In this document: one piece after another, positions 25,108 to 35,255 of the stretch
Position numbering within the stretch: the first letter of the stretch is position 1
Layout: each line of letters begins with the position of its first letter
DNA from: Setoptus koraiensis
Taxonomy: Eukaryota; Animalia; Arthropoda
Length of the DNA: 64,000 bases
Assembly: GCA_048013815.1 (NCBI GenBank)
Contig: CM106586.1
Location: 12,276,001-12,340,000 of the forward strand
Reading direction: 5' to 3'
Program-made: the position numbers and the translations under genes
Notes under the pieces: generated by a model
What the model saw: the letters and a program-made list of their open reading frames with translations, nothing else
Database searches by the model: none
Told to the model about the DNA's origin: nothing

Positions 25108-25641
25108 TTTGAATAAATTGATTTATCATTCTAAATATTGATAAATGTTGCAGAAGTAATTCCCTTTGAAGCAGAATAGCCAGAACAGCGCGAGTTTTGA
25201 ACATCTTTCCAGACAAAAACCAATCAAAGCATAAAGATGATTCAACCTTCAGTAAGCAATATTACTGGCACAATCAAGCAGAGTGTATATCATTAATTGA
25301 AAAATTCTTTATCAAAGGGAGGCAGATATATACTAGCTGAGACAACCTGCATCGGACCATCGCAGCTTCTGAAGCAATCTTTTGAAGTATCACCTGTTCA
25401 AGGTAGTGGAACTTGCAATGGGTATATAGACATAGAGAGAACGCTCTCATTGCATTATTATATGGTGACACTCGCTAGTATTATCGTCGAGATATTGAGT
25501 TGGAATATCTCATAGGCTCGTCATTCAATAGTTTATACTATACAGAAGTAACGACAGTTTGAAATAATGCTCCAATAATCTACTATTGGATATTGAAACA
25601 ATCAACAGCAAGAAACATCAAAGATAATAAAGAAAGTCCCT

Positions 25642-27094
25642 ATGGCCTTTGAAAAGTTGGAGAAGCTTGTCTCAGGCCTCGGCGACAATCCCTACTTCGG
25701 AGCTGGATTTGGTCTAGTGGGTGTGGGAGCCGGCCTGGCACTCAGCCGTCAAGCCTTCGCTCTTGGCACTCTCTTGTTCAAACGTCACTGTTTGATGACT
25801 TTAGAAATAACACATCTTGATTGTAGCTATCCATGGGTTTTGCAATGGATAAATGGATATCACAAGAGGGCCCAGCATTTGAGTGTTGTCACACAATTTC
25901 AACAAAGAGAATCAGGACAAATGAGCATAGAGTTTAGTTTTATACCTAGCGTAGGCATACATTTCGTCAATTTCAACAAGAAATGGATCAAGATTGAACG
26001 CGAGAGACAGGAGAGCGCTATACACTCTCGTTCAGGCATACCTTTTGAGAAGGTAAAATTCACTTGTTTCGGTAGCGACAGAACAATATTTGCCAAGATC
26101 TTAGAACATGCTAGTCAAATGGAGCTTTCTAGGCATGAAGGCAAAACTGTGATATATGAGCCAAGAACAGATAGGTGGGAACCATTTGGGGAGCCTAGAC
26201 CACGAAGGCAATACGAAACAGTCATACTAGATACGGGCATAGCTGACACTATACTTGAAGATGTCAAGGAATTCTTGAGAACGCGCCAATGGTATTCCCA
26301 GAGAGGTGTTCCTTACAGACGTGGTTATTTGTTGTATGGTCCTCCTGGTTGTGGCAAAACTTCTTACATAATGGCGCTGGCAGGTGAACTAGAGTATGAT
26401 ATATGCCAAATGAACCTGAGTGAATCAACACTAGCTGATGATAGACTCAATTATCTTCTCAACGTTGCCCCGAGTAAGAGTATCATTTTGCTCGAAGACA
26501 TAGACGCTGCTTGTTTTAATCGAGAGAATGAAGATGGTAAGTAGGCATAGCTCATAGACCAAAGGACTTCTCCAGTGGAAAATCAAAACTTGTAAAATTA
26601 ACACCATGTCTAACTCTTAATATTCCACAGCCAGATATTATGGCATGGGTAAGCTGACACTTAGTGGCCTTCTTAATGCGATAGATGGAGCCTCATCTTC
26701 TGAGGAGAGGATAATATTCATGACAACAAATTATATCGATCGCTTGGATCCGGCCTTGATTAGACCAGGAAGAGTTGATATAAAAAAATACATTGGATAT
26801 GCAAGCGACGATCAAATCTGCAGAGCTTTTGACAGATTCTTTCCGAGGCCCAACGCTTCAACTGGCACATCTGATGAGTCGAAGGAGTTTCTGAAAGCTA
26901 TCAGAACTTACAATGAAGGGCTTAGTAGCCGTAGGCATTGCACGAGTTTGAGCATGGCAGATATACAATCATATTTGCTTCTTCACAAGGATCGACCTCA
27001 GGCGGCGATCGACAATGTTTCCGCCTGGATCAAGGGAAACATTGTTGAGAAGGGGATGGTGGAAAATGTGAAGCCCGACTTAATACAGACCTAG
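25642..27094 (+). CDS. BCS1L: Mitochondrial chaperone BCS1 (AAA ATPase); exons 25642-26536 and 26631-27094 (452 aa)
   Basis: DNPYFGAGFGLVGVGAG, RRGYLLYGPPGCGKTS, LLEDID, LTLSGLLNAIDG, MTTNY..RLDPALIRPGRVD; intron 26537-26630 GTAAGT...CAG. Confidence 0.97.
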
Positions 27095-27389
27095 CCACAA
27101 TAAGGGTACCTCAGAGTGAATATACAAGCCAAATGTCTGAACTGCCATTGTTTTCACAGAATCTCACAGCATCAATAGTTAGAAATATAATTAGTAGTTC
27201 TTTGTTGTTATTAAGGGACAAATAAACTAATACCTCATTTTTTCACGCTCAATCAGCGGCCCTTGATTTTCCTTTGATGATCGAACTCAGTTCGAATGCG
27301 TAGAAGAGAATCGGAATGGCTCAAGGAACACCAAGTGTGTGTGTGAGAGAACGCTCGATCTATTGATTGATTTGTTTAATTTAATTCCA

Positions 27390-27886
27390 TTAGATCCTCG
27401 ATGGATATAACATGACTCTGACACGCTGACCCATGGCTGAGGCTGGTAGATTACGTCTGAATTTAGCTCTGACAACGCCTGAGTTACCGTGTACTCTGGT
27501 CACCTTGCCCCATAAACAACGCTTCTTTGCACGCACTTCCTCATGCTTGATGAGCTTCTTGGTTTTAGCTCTGTAAATGTAAGCGCATTTCTTTCCTAAA
27601 TAGAATTCCGCATCCTTCTTGGTGAGGCAACCTTCTATTCTCAGTAGAGCTGTATGCTCGCGTTGTTTTCGCAATGAACGCTTGTAACCCAAGAACACGG
27701 ATTTGGCGTACAATCTACCACATTTTGGACTCCTCTTTGTGCTGACTGTTTTGGTCTTTGATACAGACTTTGTCTGAAATATTTTGAAGTGGTGCGAAAC
27801 ATGATAGAGAAGATGATTAGTATTTGTCTGAGTTTATGCGTCGGGACTTGACAACTATGAAGAGTTCCGTGGCTTACCTGAGGCAT
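27390..27886 (-). CDS. RPL35A: 60S ribosomal protein L35a; exons 27886-27878 and 27773-27390 (130 aa)
   Basis: [29 protein letters not shown]...[35 protein letters not shown]; 9-nt first coding exon ATGCCTCAG, then intron GTAAGC...CAG 27877-27774. Confidence 0.97.
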
Positions 27887-28544
27887 CTTGGTTTATTCTT
27901 CTAGAGTTGTTTTATTATCTGATTTGTTGGTGATTTGTGATAATTATTCCGAACTTCGATAAATGTCCGGCGAAGGCTGAGTAATGACAGAAAAATCTTA
28001 AATAACAATAGGTGTGTCTGATCCAAATTAATAGTGGATGTTTGGTTAGTTATTGTCCAACATGGGGAATCATAACAAAAAAATATCAGAATTAGGAATT
28101 GTAACTGCATGCGCTAGTGCAAATTAGACGGCCACTCTGAAGCCGGATGCCAACATGCTTTCGAGCTATGCAGCCGCTTCTCCCTTTGGCTCTCATGCTG
28201 CCTGCATACATCAACGAGGTGCGCGCGCATCCTCACAGGGCCGGCCGCCAAGTTTGAAAAGTTTTTTTTTGTTTTTGTTTTTTCTGTTCTTGTTTTGCTC
28301 TGTTCTTTTTTCTTGTTTTTCTTGATTTAATTGATCAATGTGAATAAACTAAATCATGATACCATGTATTTCAAGCCATCATAATTTAGCAATTATACTG
28401 TGATGGAAGTTTCTATCTCAGGCTTGTGTAAATGCAAAGAAACATCGATGTAACAACATTTTCATGGATCATTTATTTGTAAAGTACATTGCTAGACCAG
28501 TGAGCTAGATATGAAGTGTGTCTTTCCTCGCATATTGGTGCTGA

Positions 28545-29775
28545 TAGACATTTCTGGGGTGGTTGTTATTTGAGTTTCGGGCGTGGAGATGGATTAACGT
28601 TATCTTGCGTCGACCCGCGTCTATTATATATAGTTATTGTTGTGTATCCATATGGTCTGCGGCGAGTATGTATGTATTGAAGCCTTCTTTGGAGTCTGTC
28701 TGGGTTTGACTATTGGTGGGGGAGTGTGATATTTGGGGGATATTGTGAGGGATGGGTTTAGGGTGTGGTGTGTGATCTCCTGCCCCCCCTCCCCCAACAG
28801 GTTTTGTTGGGTAGTGATAGTGGAGGTGAGTGAGATTGAGATGTTATTTCGGGGTGGAGGAGGAATGTGGGGTGGGAGGGGGGGGTGTTTGTGGGGTTGT
28901 TGGGCTTATTGGATTTTTAGGAGACGAGTTTGGTGGGGGGAGCGGGACTGGGTGTTGGTCGGGTGAGGTGGGGTGGGGGGGGGGGGAGGGTGTGCTAGGG
29001 GTTAAGTTGGGGGGGGTAGGGTGTGTGAATAGTGGGGGGAGGTTGGGTGTAGGTTGGGTGGGTTGTGTAGATGTGGTTTTTGGTGTTTGGGGTTTGGATC
29101 GGGGGGAGTGGTCTGGGGGAGGTTGTAGGTGCTGTCAATACATACATAATATAACTAAACCCCCCTGTAGAATCTAGTTTTCTTTCATATAAAACAATAC
29201 TCCAAATGTTTCACTAACCAGTACCCCAAAACCGCTACCAAACTACCCACATCCCCATATTCTACAACATATTATCTCTCCCACTCCAACACATACAAAC
29301 CCATACCCAACACTCCCCCATCTCACCTCCAAACCATATAACTCAATCTAACAACACCCCCTCTCGCCAAAAATCATGTGTCACACCATACACTCTCACC
29401 ACCAACTCCCCCATATTATCAAAACTAATCTACTCGTCACATCACTAAACTACCATTACCATGTAAAAGTACTGTTGATAACAAGAGAGAGATACAAAAA
29501 ATTCAATGTACATAATAAATAATTCTACTAAATCAAACTCTCACCCCCCACATCTCTTCACTTCCACTCATCACCTACCTCCCAATCTAACCCCCCCCCC
29601 CCCCCTACCTACCCCACAACACTCACCCTACCAAACATCACAAACCAACATCTCCATACCCCATAAATAATATATACATACAATAACCCCCTAGACCCCC
29701 CCCCCCCAATCAATTCAACCCCCCCCCCCCCCCCCCCTCAGACCATAAATTCACATCTGCCCCTAATACAAACTA
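28545..29775. other. Strand-skewed low-complexity block (G/T-rich left half, C/A-rich right half); probable low-quality sequence
   Basis: Gradual decay from normal sequence into G-run-rich DNA up to ~29135, then C-run-rich DNA to ~29775; the halves are not literal inverted repeats. Confidence 0.7.
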
Positions 29776-30938
29776 CAGATGACTGTGTTCGGACGCCTGC
29801 GTACCACCATGTTAGGGTCATTATCTTCTTGTGTTAGTTCACTCGGAAAATTCGAAGACTCGCTTGAATGTATAGGTTCACAACTTGCAGTGTCGGTATG
29901 GTCATCAGGCTTGTCTCGCAGTGTTGGACCCACCATATCGCTATGTGTTGTAATTTCACTGACACTGACAAGATCATTTGGTCTATTGAAAGAACTTAAT
30001 GTGTTTGGCTCCTTCATGGTAGATAATTCGATCTGCCGAGCAGGGCTTTCCAGTTGTCTGTAAGTTGTTTGCAAACTGTTATTCGATTCACTAAAATTTT
30101 GGGTAGCGTGATAGTCTTGTGATGAATATAAACTCGATGGATCCGCGATACAATTATGTAATTCTTGTATTTGGTCATTGTTGCACCAAGTATACAAGTT
30201 TTGATTGTTGAATTGGTAGGATTGATAATCGTTTGGTTGCCAAGAACAATTACAGTTTATTGTGGCTGATAACTGGTGAATTGGATCTGTAATTCTGCTA
30301 GAGAATGTTCGATTACTGGACTCATTTTGATCGTAATTAGAGTATGACATGAGATTGTTGTTTGTGTATTGACCATTCTCGGCCTCGGTGTCAGCAATCT
30401 CATATGCTGCATCCCTGTTACAAAAACCATTCATATCTAGATAAACATTACCATCGGAAACAATATTTTGGTGTATTTCCATGGGGCTCAACTGATCGTT
30501 AACAATTTGGGCTGCCGATGGATGGGTATGCTGGAAGGTTATATCGTTAGCAAAGTTCTGGTCGTAGTTTGAGGAATCACTAAAGCAATTGTAATGTGTT
30601 GCGGTGTCGCTGGGTTCATATGTTGGGGGCTGAATCGATGATGTCCGATCATTTTGTTCAGATCTGAGAGAATTCACTAAGACGGATTCCGTTCTCATAG
30701 TTCCGTCAACTCTTTCAACTTCCACTTGTGATTCTTTTTTCATGTTGGCTATCCTATATTCTTGCTGTCTCTCGTTTGGAACTTCGTCATTGCAACTACG
30801 ATCGTACGTTGATTTATCGTCGGCGAGTGAATCAGAACTGGTGATTTTTTTCATTTTTATATAAGTTTTGAACTTGGCTTTCACAGTAATAATCATGAAT
30901 AAGTTCACTCCTGAAGAGATGATATTTTTATTTAACAT
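29763..30938 (-). CDS. Hypothetical S/N/Q-rich protein (391 aa as given; C-terminus probably corrupted by the adjacent low-complexity block)
   Basis: Long ORF in AT-rich DNA with a disordered, activation-domain-like composition. It ends VVRRRPNTVICSLY* exactly where the skewed block begins. No family recognised. Confidence 0.65.
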   Translation of the reverse strand: MLNKNIISSGVNLFMIITVKAKFKTYIKMKKITSSDSLADDKSTYDRSCNDEVPNERQQEYRIANMKKESQVEVERVDGTMRTESVLVNSLRSEQNDRTSSIQPPTYEPSDTATHYNCFSDSSNYDQNFANDITFQHTHPSAAQIVNDQLSPMEIHQNIVSDGNVYLDMNGFCNRDAAYEIADTEAENGQYTNNNLMSYSNYDQNESSNRTFSSRITDPIHQLSATINCNCSWQPNDYQSYQFNNQNLYTWCNNDQIQELHNCIADPSSLYSSQDYHATQNFSESNNSLQTTYRQLESPARQIELSTMKEPNTLSSFNRPNDLVSVSEITTHSDMVGPTLRDKPDDHTDTASCEPIHSSESSNFPSELTQEDNDPNMVVRRRPNTVICSLY

Positions 30939-31437
30939 TTGCCAGCTGGGGCTAGCGGGTAACCCTTATAGGCTGATAGAGTCAACATATAGGTATCCTC
31001 CCAGTTGATGAAGGAACTTTTATTTTAACTTCCATTGCATGCATGCTAATAGGCTTTAAGAGTTAACATAAGCTTAGACTAAACAACCACCGTGACACTA
31101 TACCACAACAGAAATGATAACAGTAGTGGGTGAGCTTATGTTTCATCTAACAAACTACAATAGGTTTGTGTGCTAGTACACCGTTCCACTTTCACCTATG
31201 AATGTCAAAAGAGTCGTTGCATAATCACACAAGCTCGCTCTGATTTAAGTTTATAGTAACAAAGATCAAAATTATATACAGTATCACAGACAAAATATTG
31301 TTGCTGTCATAATTGTATTGAATACTCAATAATGCGTTCTTTTTGATCTATGAGAACAAAACAAGAAAAAACTGATGTTCCTTTCGAAACAAACTACACT
31401 CTTCTCGAATACAAATGATTTTATATATGAATTAAAG

Positions 31438-33123
31438 CTAGCTAAATTTTAATAAATGACAAGATAGATCTTTCAAGTTGATCAAAACACAACTTTGCGA
31501 CTTGTAGAATTGTGGCACAGCCACGAGCAAAGTTCGCTTAATTAAAGCACTCCTAATAGATGTCGTACTATTGGGATCTGGCAGTTCCATCTGTGGCCCG
31601 GATTTAGAATGATGCTCATATTCATAATGATCTACCTTGAATTCAGGCTGACATCCAGCAAAGTAAACGGAAGGTCTTTCATATATGGTGAATGGGTCTT
31701 CATCTTCATAGGGCGTACTATATAAGTTGTCTGGAGCGTTAGGAGCACAATGGCCCCATTTTAGATGGTGTTTCATTATATCAATACTATCTTTGAAGTT
31801 ACTATATTGCTTTATTATATCTACATTTTGTCCCGAAGTACCAAAAATAAGTCTATCGTTATAGAGTGCTTCGTGTGGATTTGTTGTACAATTAAAACTA
31901 TTGTAAATGGTTGATTTAGGAAACATACATGGATGAAATGGTTGTTGCGGGAACAAATGTGTTGTGGGGTCCTGGGGGCCGGGCATGACATCAATATTGA
32001 TTGTTTGTGACAATTGACTAAAGAAATCATCCAGGTTTTTGATGGATTGTAGTGAAGAGACGCGTGGTTTAATCTGTCTGGCGCGTTTCATTTTCTCGCC
32101 TAATGACATAGACTTAGAAGAATCGGTATCATCAGTGTCATGTCTAGAATCAGAGAGACAATTTCCGGCGACAAGCATTCTCGATATTTTGGCGCTCCTC
32201 TGGTCATTTTCAAAACTGGTGCCGCCCCAAACAAAATCTATCAATAACTGGAGAGCGCGCACCAGCGAACTATTTCTAGTTAGCTTGTGATCAAAACCTA
32301 AATCTGATATCAATAAAATATAGTTGTCCTCTTCGGCAACCATGGGATACTCCAGATAGTTTGAGGAGGGTTCACCAGTTTTTTCATCATCAATTCCCTT
32401 GGCGCCTGGCTCGGCAAAACATATGTCAATAACATGAAACTCTGCTCCATCGTTCATTTGGTAGCCCAGCAAGGCCACTGTGACGCCTGTAACAAATTGA
32501 CCAGGATCGATGAGTCCTGACAGGGCGATGTTTTCTTTTGTATCTTGTAGCACGAGACTATCATCGGGACTAGCATAATGACCAACGTACTTTTCACAGT
32601 TTATGTGCCAGTCCTTGCTGGCCAGTTCATTGACGAGATCAGGCTGCAGTTTCATCCTTTTGAATATTGTTCCAATCATTATTGATGGCTCCGACTGACT
32701 GGCAACCAATTGAACTCTTTCATCAGCTGACAGATTACACATGGTTGGGTCATCCGCAAAGGAGGCACCTCTGTTAGAATGAGAAGAACTGGCCGAATCC
32801 AATGTAGCGCTGGTGGAGGCTGTTGCATCGTTTATGTTTGTTGTTGCTGATGGTTGCTGATGGTGTTGTTGTTGTTGCTCTTGTGATGGGGAGCCATGAG
32901 GAAGATAGTCGTAGTTGGCTATTGTGTTGACACCAGGCCATTTGTTTCTAGAATTGTGTAACAAGAAGGGCAGCGCTATGGACAGCCTCTTGTTATAATA
33001 TTGGCTGTATTGTCTAGCAAAGTCACATTGTAATAAAAATCTTGAGTTCAGCAATTGATATCTACATTGAATCCGTTGGACAATTCCATCCTGTTGCGAT
33101 CCGCTTGCACTTGTGCTGGTCAT
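31438..33123 (-). CDS. POLD2: DNA polymerase delta subunit 2 (small subunit), intronless
   Basis: FARQYSQYYNKRL, IMIGTIFKRMKLQP, LVLQD...GVTVALLG, LISDLG, VMPGPQDPT...PQQPFHPCMF, TNPH, GTSGQNV, HLKWGHCAPNAPD, DPF...P.VYFAG. First ATG is at 33123 (the ORF-track start 33144 is non-ATG). Confidence 0.95.
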   Translation of the reverse strand: MTSTSASGSQQDGIVQRIQCRYQLLNSRFLLQCDFARQYSQYYNKRLSIALPFLLHNSRNKWPGVNTIANYDYLPHGSPSQEQQQQHHQQPSATTNINDATASTSATLDSASSSHSNRGASFADDPTMCNLSADERVQLVASQSEPSIMIGTIFKRMKLQPDLVNELASKDWHINCEKYVGHYASPDDSLVLQDTKENIALSGLIDPGQFVTGVTVALLGYQMNDGAEFHVIDICFAEPGAKGIDDEKTGEPSSNYLEYPMVAEEDNYILLISDLGFDHKLTRNSSLVRALQLLIDFVWGGTSFENDQRSAKISRMLVAGNCLSDSRHDTDDTDSSKSMSLGEKMKRARQIKPRVSSLQSIKNLDDFFSQLSQTINIDVMPGPQDPTTHLFPQQPFHPCMFPKSTIYNSFNCTTNPHEALYNDRLIFGTSGQNVDIIKQYSNFKDSIDIMKHHLKWGHCAPNAPDNLYSTPYEDEDPFTIYERPSVYFAGCQPEFKVDHYEYEHHSKSGPQMELPDPNSTTSIRSALIKRTLLVAVPQFYKSQSCVLINLKDLSCHLLKFS

Positions 33124-33467
33124 AGATCGGCAGTGCAGTTGCAATACCAGTTAAGTGGTCAAAATCTTGCGGTCAGGCTTGGAGCAAATTTCTCACAAGT
33201 GCAACAGCATGACGTTTCATTGATTAAACCTCGATCAGTTGTGGTCATTTCACCATATGTAAACTATTTTTTTTTTTTATTTTTTGTCTTCAAAAACATT
33301 CATACAGCACATGCACCTTTGTCGATGGCACAGCGCGTGTTGTCTGCGCCGATGGGACGCTTCGGTTGTGGGAGTGAATCCTCCCATCGGGAGATTCCAT
33401 TAGAGCAGATGCAATTTTTTCGCCACATTCTTTTTGCGAATAGAAAGTGCACTCGTTGCGTCCCACT

Positions 33468-33761
33468 GGGGGACCCCACGAACTGTTACTCCCAGATTCG
33501 AGTAATGTACCCAAAAAGTGTTCAGCTCAACCGGTGTACCACTTTTCTGTTTTTTTTTTCGCTGTGCGCTAATGTCACGGGTATATCATGGTTGATCACG
33601 CATGTATTTCGCAAAATGAAAAAGATTTCGAATGACATACTAGGAAGAAGGGAAAAAAGCGGGGAAATGGTGTGGCATTTCTTGGCGTTCAGAAGGTCAA
33701 GCTGAGCACCATTTGGTACCTCTGACCCAAATTTCGGTGTACAACAGTTCGTGAGGCTCCC
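33468..33761. repeat. Diverged ~65-bp inverted repeat (arms 33468-33530 and 33697-33761)
   Basis: Perfect core cacgaactgtt (33477-33487) / aacagttcgtg (33743-33753), plus gtgttcagctcaa vs gtgctcagcttga and further partial identity across the arms. Confidence 0.65.
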
Positions 33762-34238
33762 TTATTAGTTGCAAGGTTCTACGCGTATATATGACATTTC
33801 ATATCAGAGAGAAGATGGTTTCCCTTGCGAATCTGTAGGTTAGCCGCATTTTGTTTGAACTTTGCAATCAATCTGTCGAGTCAAAAATTACATAACAGTG
33901 TAGAGTCTTGCTGAGTGTGTCGTAATGCATCCTTGCTACTATTTTGATGTATGATGGACGACATTCGCGATACCTCAACTATCAACGATGTTGAAACCGC
34001 AGAAAGAGCACCTATACATCTAATGTCACATTATGAACAGGTTCATCGTTGAAGTTACTATAAATAAAAACAATCACAAGCTTTCAATCTGAGGTAAATA
34101 TAGAAATCGCTATCATTACTTTCGATTCAACAAGTCTGTTCTAGAGGATACGAGCCAATCAATTGACATTTGAATCAGCCAAGTCTATATAGAAAATTGA
34201 ATTTAAAACAATTTTAATTGCAGCAATATTCCTACAAA

Positions 34239-34523
34239 ATGGACCTCAGCAGTTTTCTTTCTTGCTTGTTAACTTTCATCTGTTGTTTATCGATCATCAT
34301 ACAACCAACCAAGTGTCTCACCGATGAGGAGAATGCCAGAAATATTCAAGAGGCTTTGGACGATCCGTATCTTGATGAATCGTTCAAGGAACATCTAAGG
34401 CGCGTCGACATTCTCAGACAAGACATAGCGAAAGAGCGCGATGTTCTCAAAGGAGTAAGAGCTAATTTGGACGACTTCCAAAAAGAACTTGATGCCACTC
34501 GAGAGAGAATCAACCTGTTTTAG
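34239..34523 (+). CDS. Small secreted orphan protein (94 aa; signal peptide plus charged helical/coiled-coil domain)
   Basis: AAAATGG start context; MDLSSFLSCLLTFICCLSIIIQPTKC leader followed by a highly charged helical segment; TATAAAT at 34059-34065; possible 5'UTR intron 34094-34223. Confidence 0.75.
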   Translation: MDLSSFLSCLLTFICCLSIIIQPTKCLTDEENARNIQEALDDPYLDESFKEHLRRVDILRQDIAKERDVLKGVRANLDDFQKELDATRERINLF

Positions 34524-35255
34524 TTTCCAACATGGAGTAGTATATTCAAGATAGACTCCATTCAATCCAACATGAACAATCCCACCAATGTCCTTTAGAT
34601 GAAATCCTAAGCCTTTTGGTGGCATGAATAAAATGTTGTGTTCGAATACTAAACTTTGAGGTCTTTGATACTTTATCTCTGATTTGTGTTCTCGTCATCT
34701 CTCTGATGGACAGGTGCTACCCCTACTAATGTAATTTCTATTCTTTTGGCTTGCAATAGATTTCATGAGAAAAAGAAATGGCTCTCTTATAAGAAAATAT
34801 CCTAGCACAGTGCACAGATTTAGGAAAAGTTGATTCGACTATGACCAACGATTGACCCATTTGAATTCAATCTTCTCTTTGCACTTGAGATGTGCGATAC
34901 AATTCTAACCCGCGGATTATCCGTGACTTTTCTCAACTTACGTGGCAATGCCTGGCCGGATGGCCCCTTCGAGAAAATTTGCAAAACGGATCGGTTATCC
35001 GCGACGGATATCCGCGCGCATTTTGTTCTTGCACGTGATAAGGTTAACGCCCCCGTCCATTGTACCGCTACGAAGACGCCTCCAGACAACGTGTTGCGTG
35101 TGTGAGCCATTCGTCCCATCTACCACTTTGATCTGCTAAGTGAATTGCTGTCTCACACAATCACATCAATAAGTCGAACGAATTATCTTTTTATACCTTC
35201 TTTTCAATAGAATTATTTTCATTTTTAACTGCCTGCCCATCTCTATCTAGCCAAC

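Noticed and set aside
28733-29177. Gly/Val/Trp-rich ORFs
   Set aside because: They arise from the G-rich low-complexity block, which is probably an artefact.
33775-33850. U6/U6atac-like words (CAGAGAGAAGAT...CCCTTGCG) after TATATAT
   Set aside because: Lacks the invariant ACAGAGA-N-AGC triad and the rest of the nearly invariant U6 sequence.
34314-34523. CRF/DH44-like neuropeptide resemblance (DILRQ...AN) in the small secreted protein
   Set aside because: No SL(S/D)I start motif and no Gly-Lys-Arg amidation signal.
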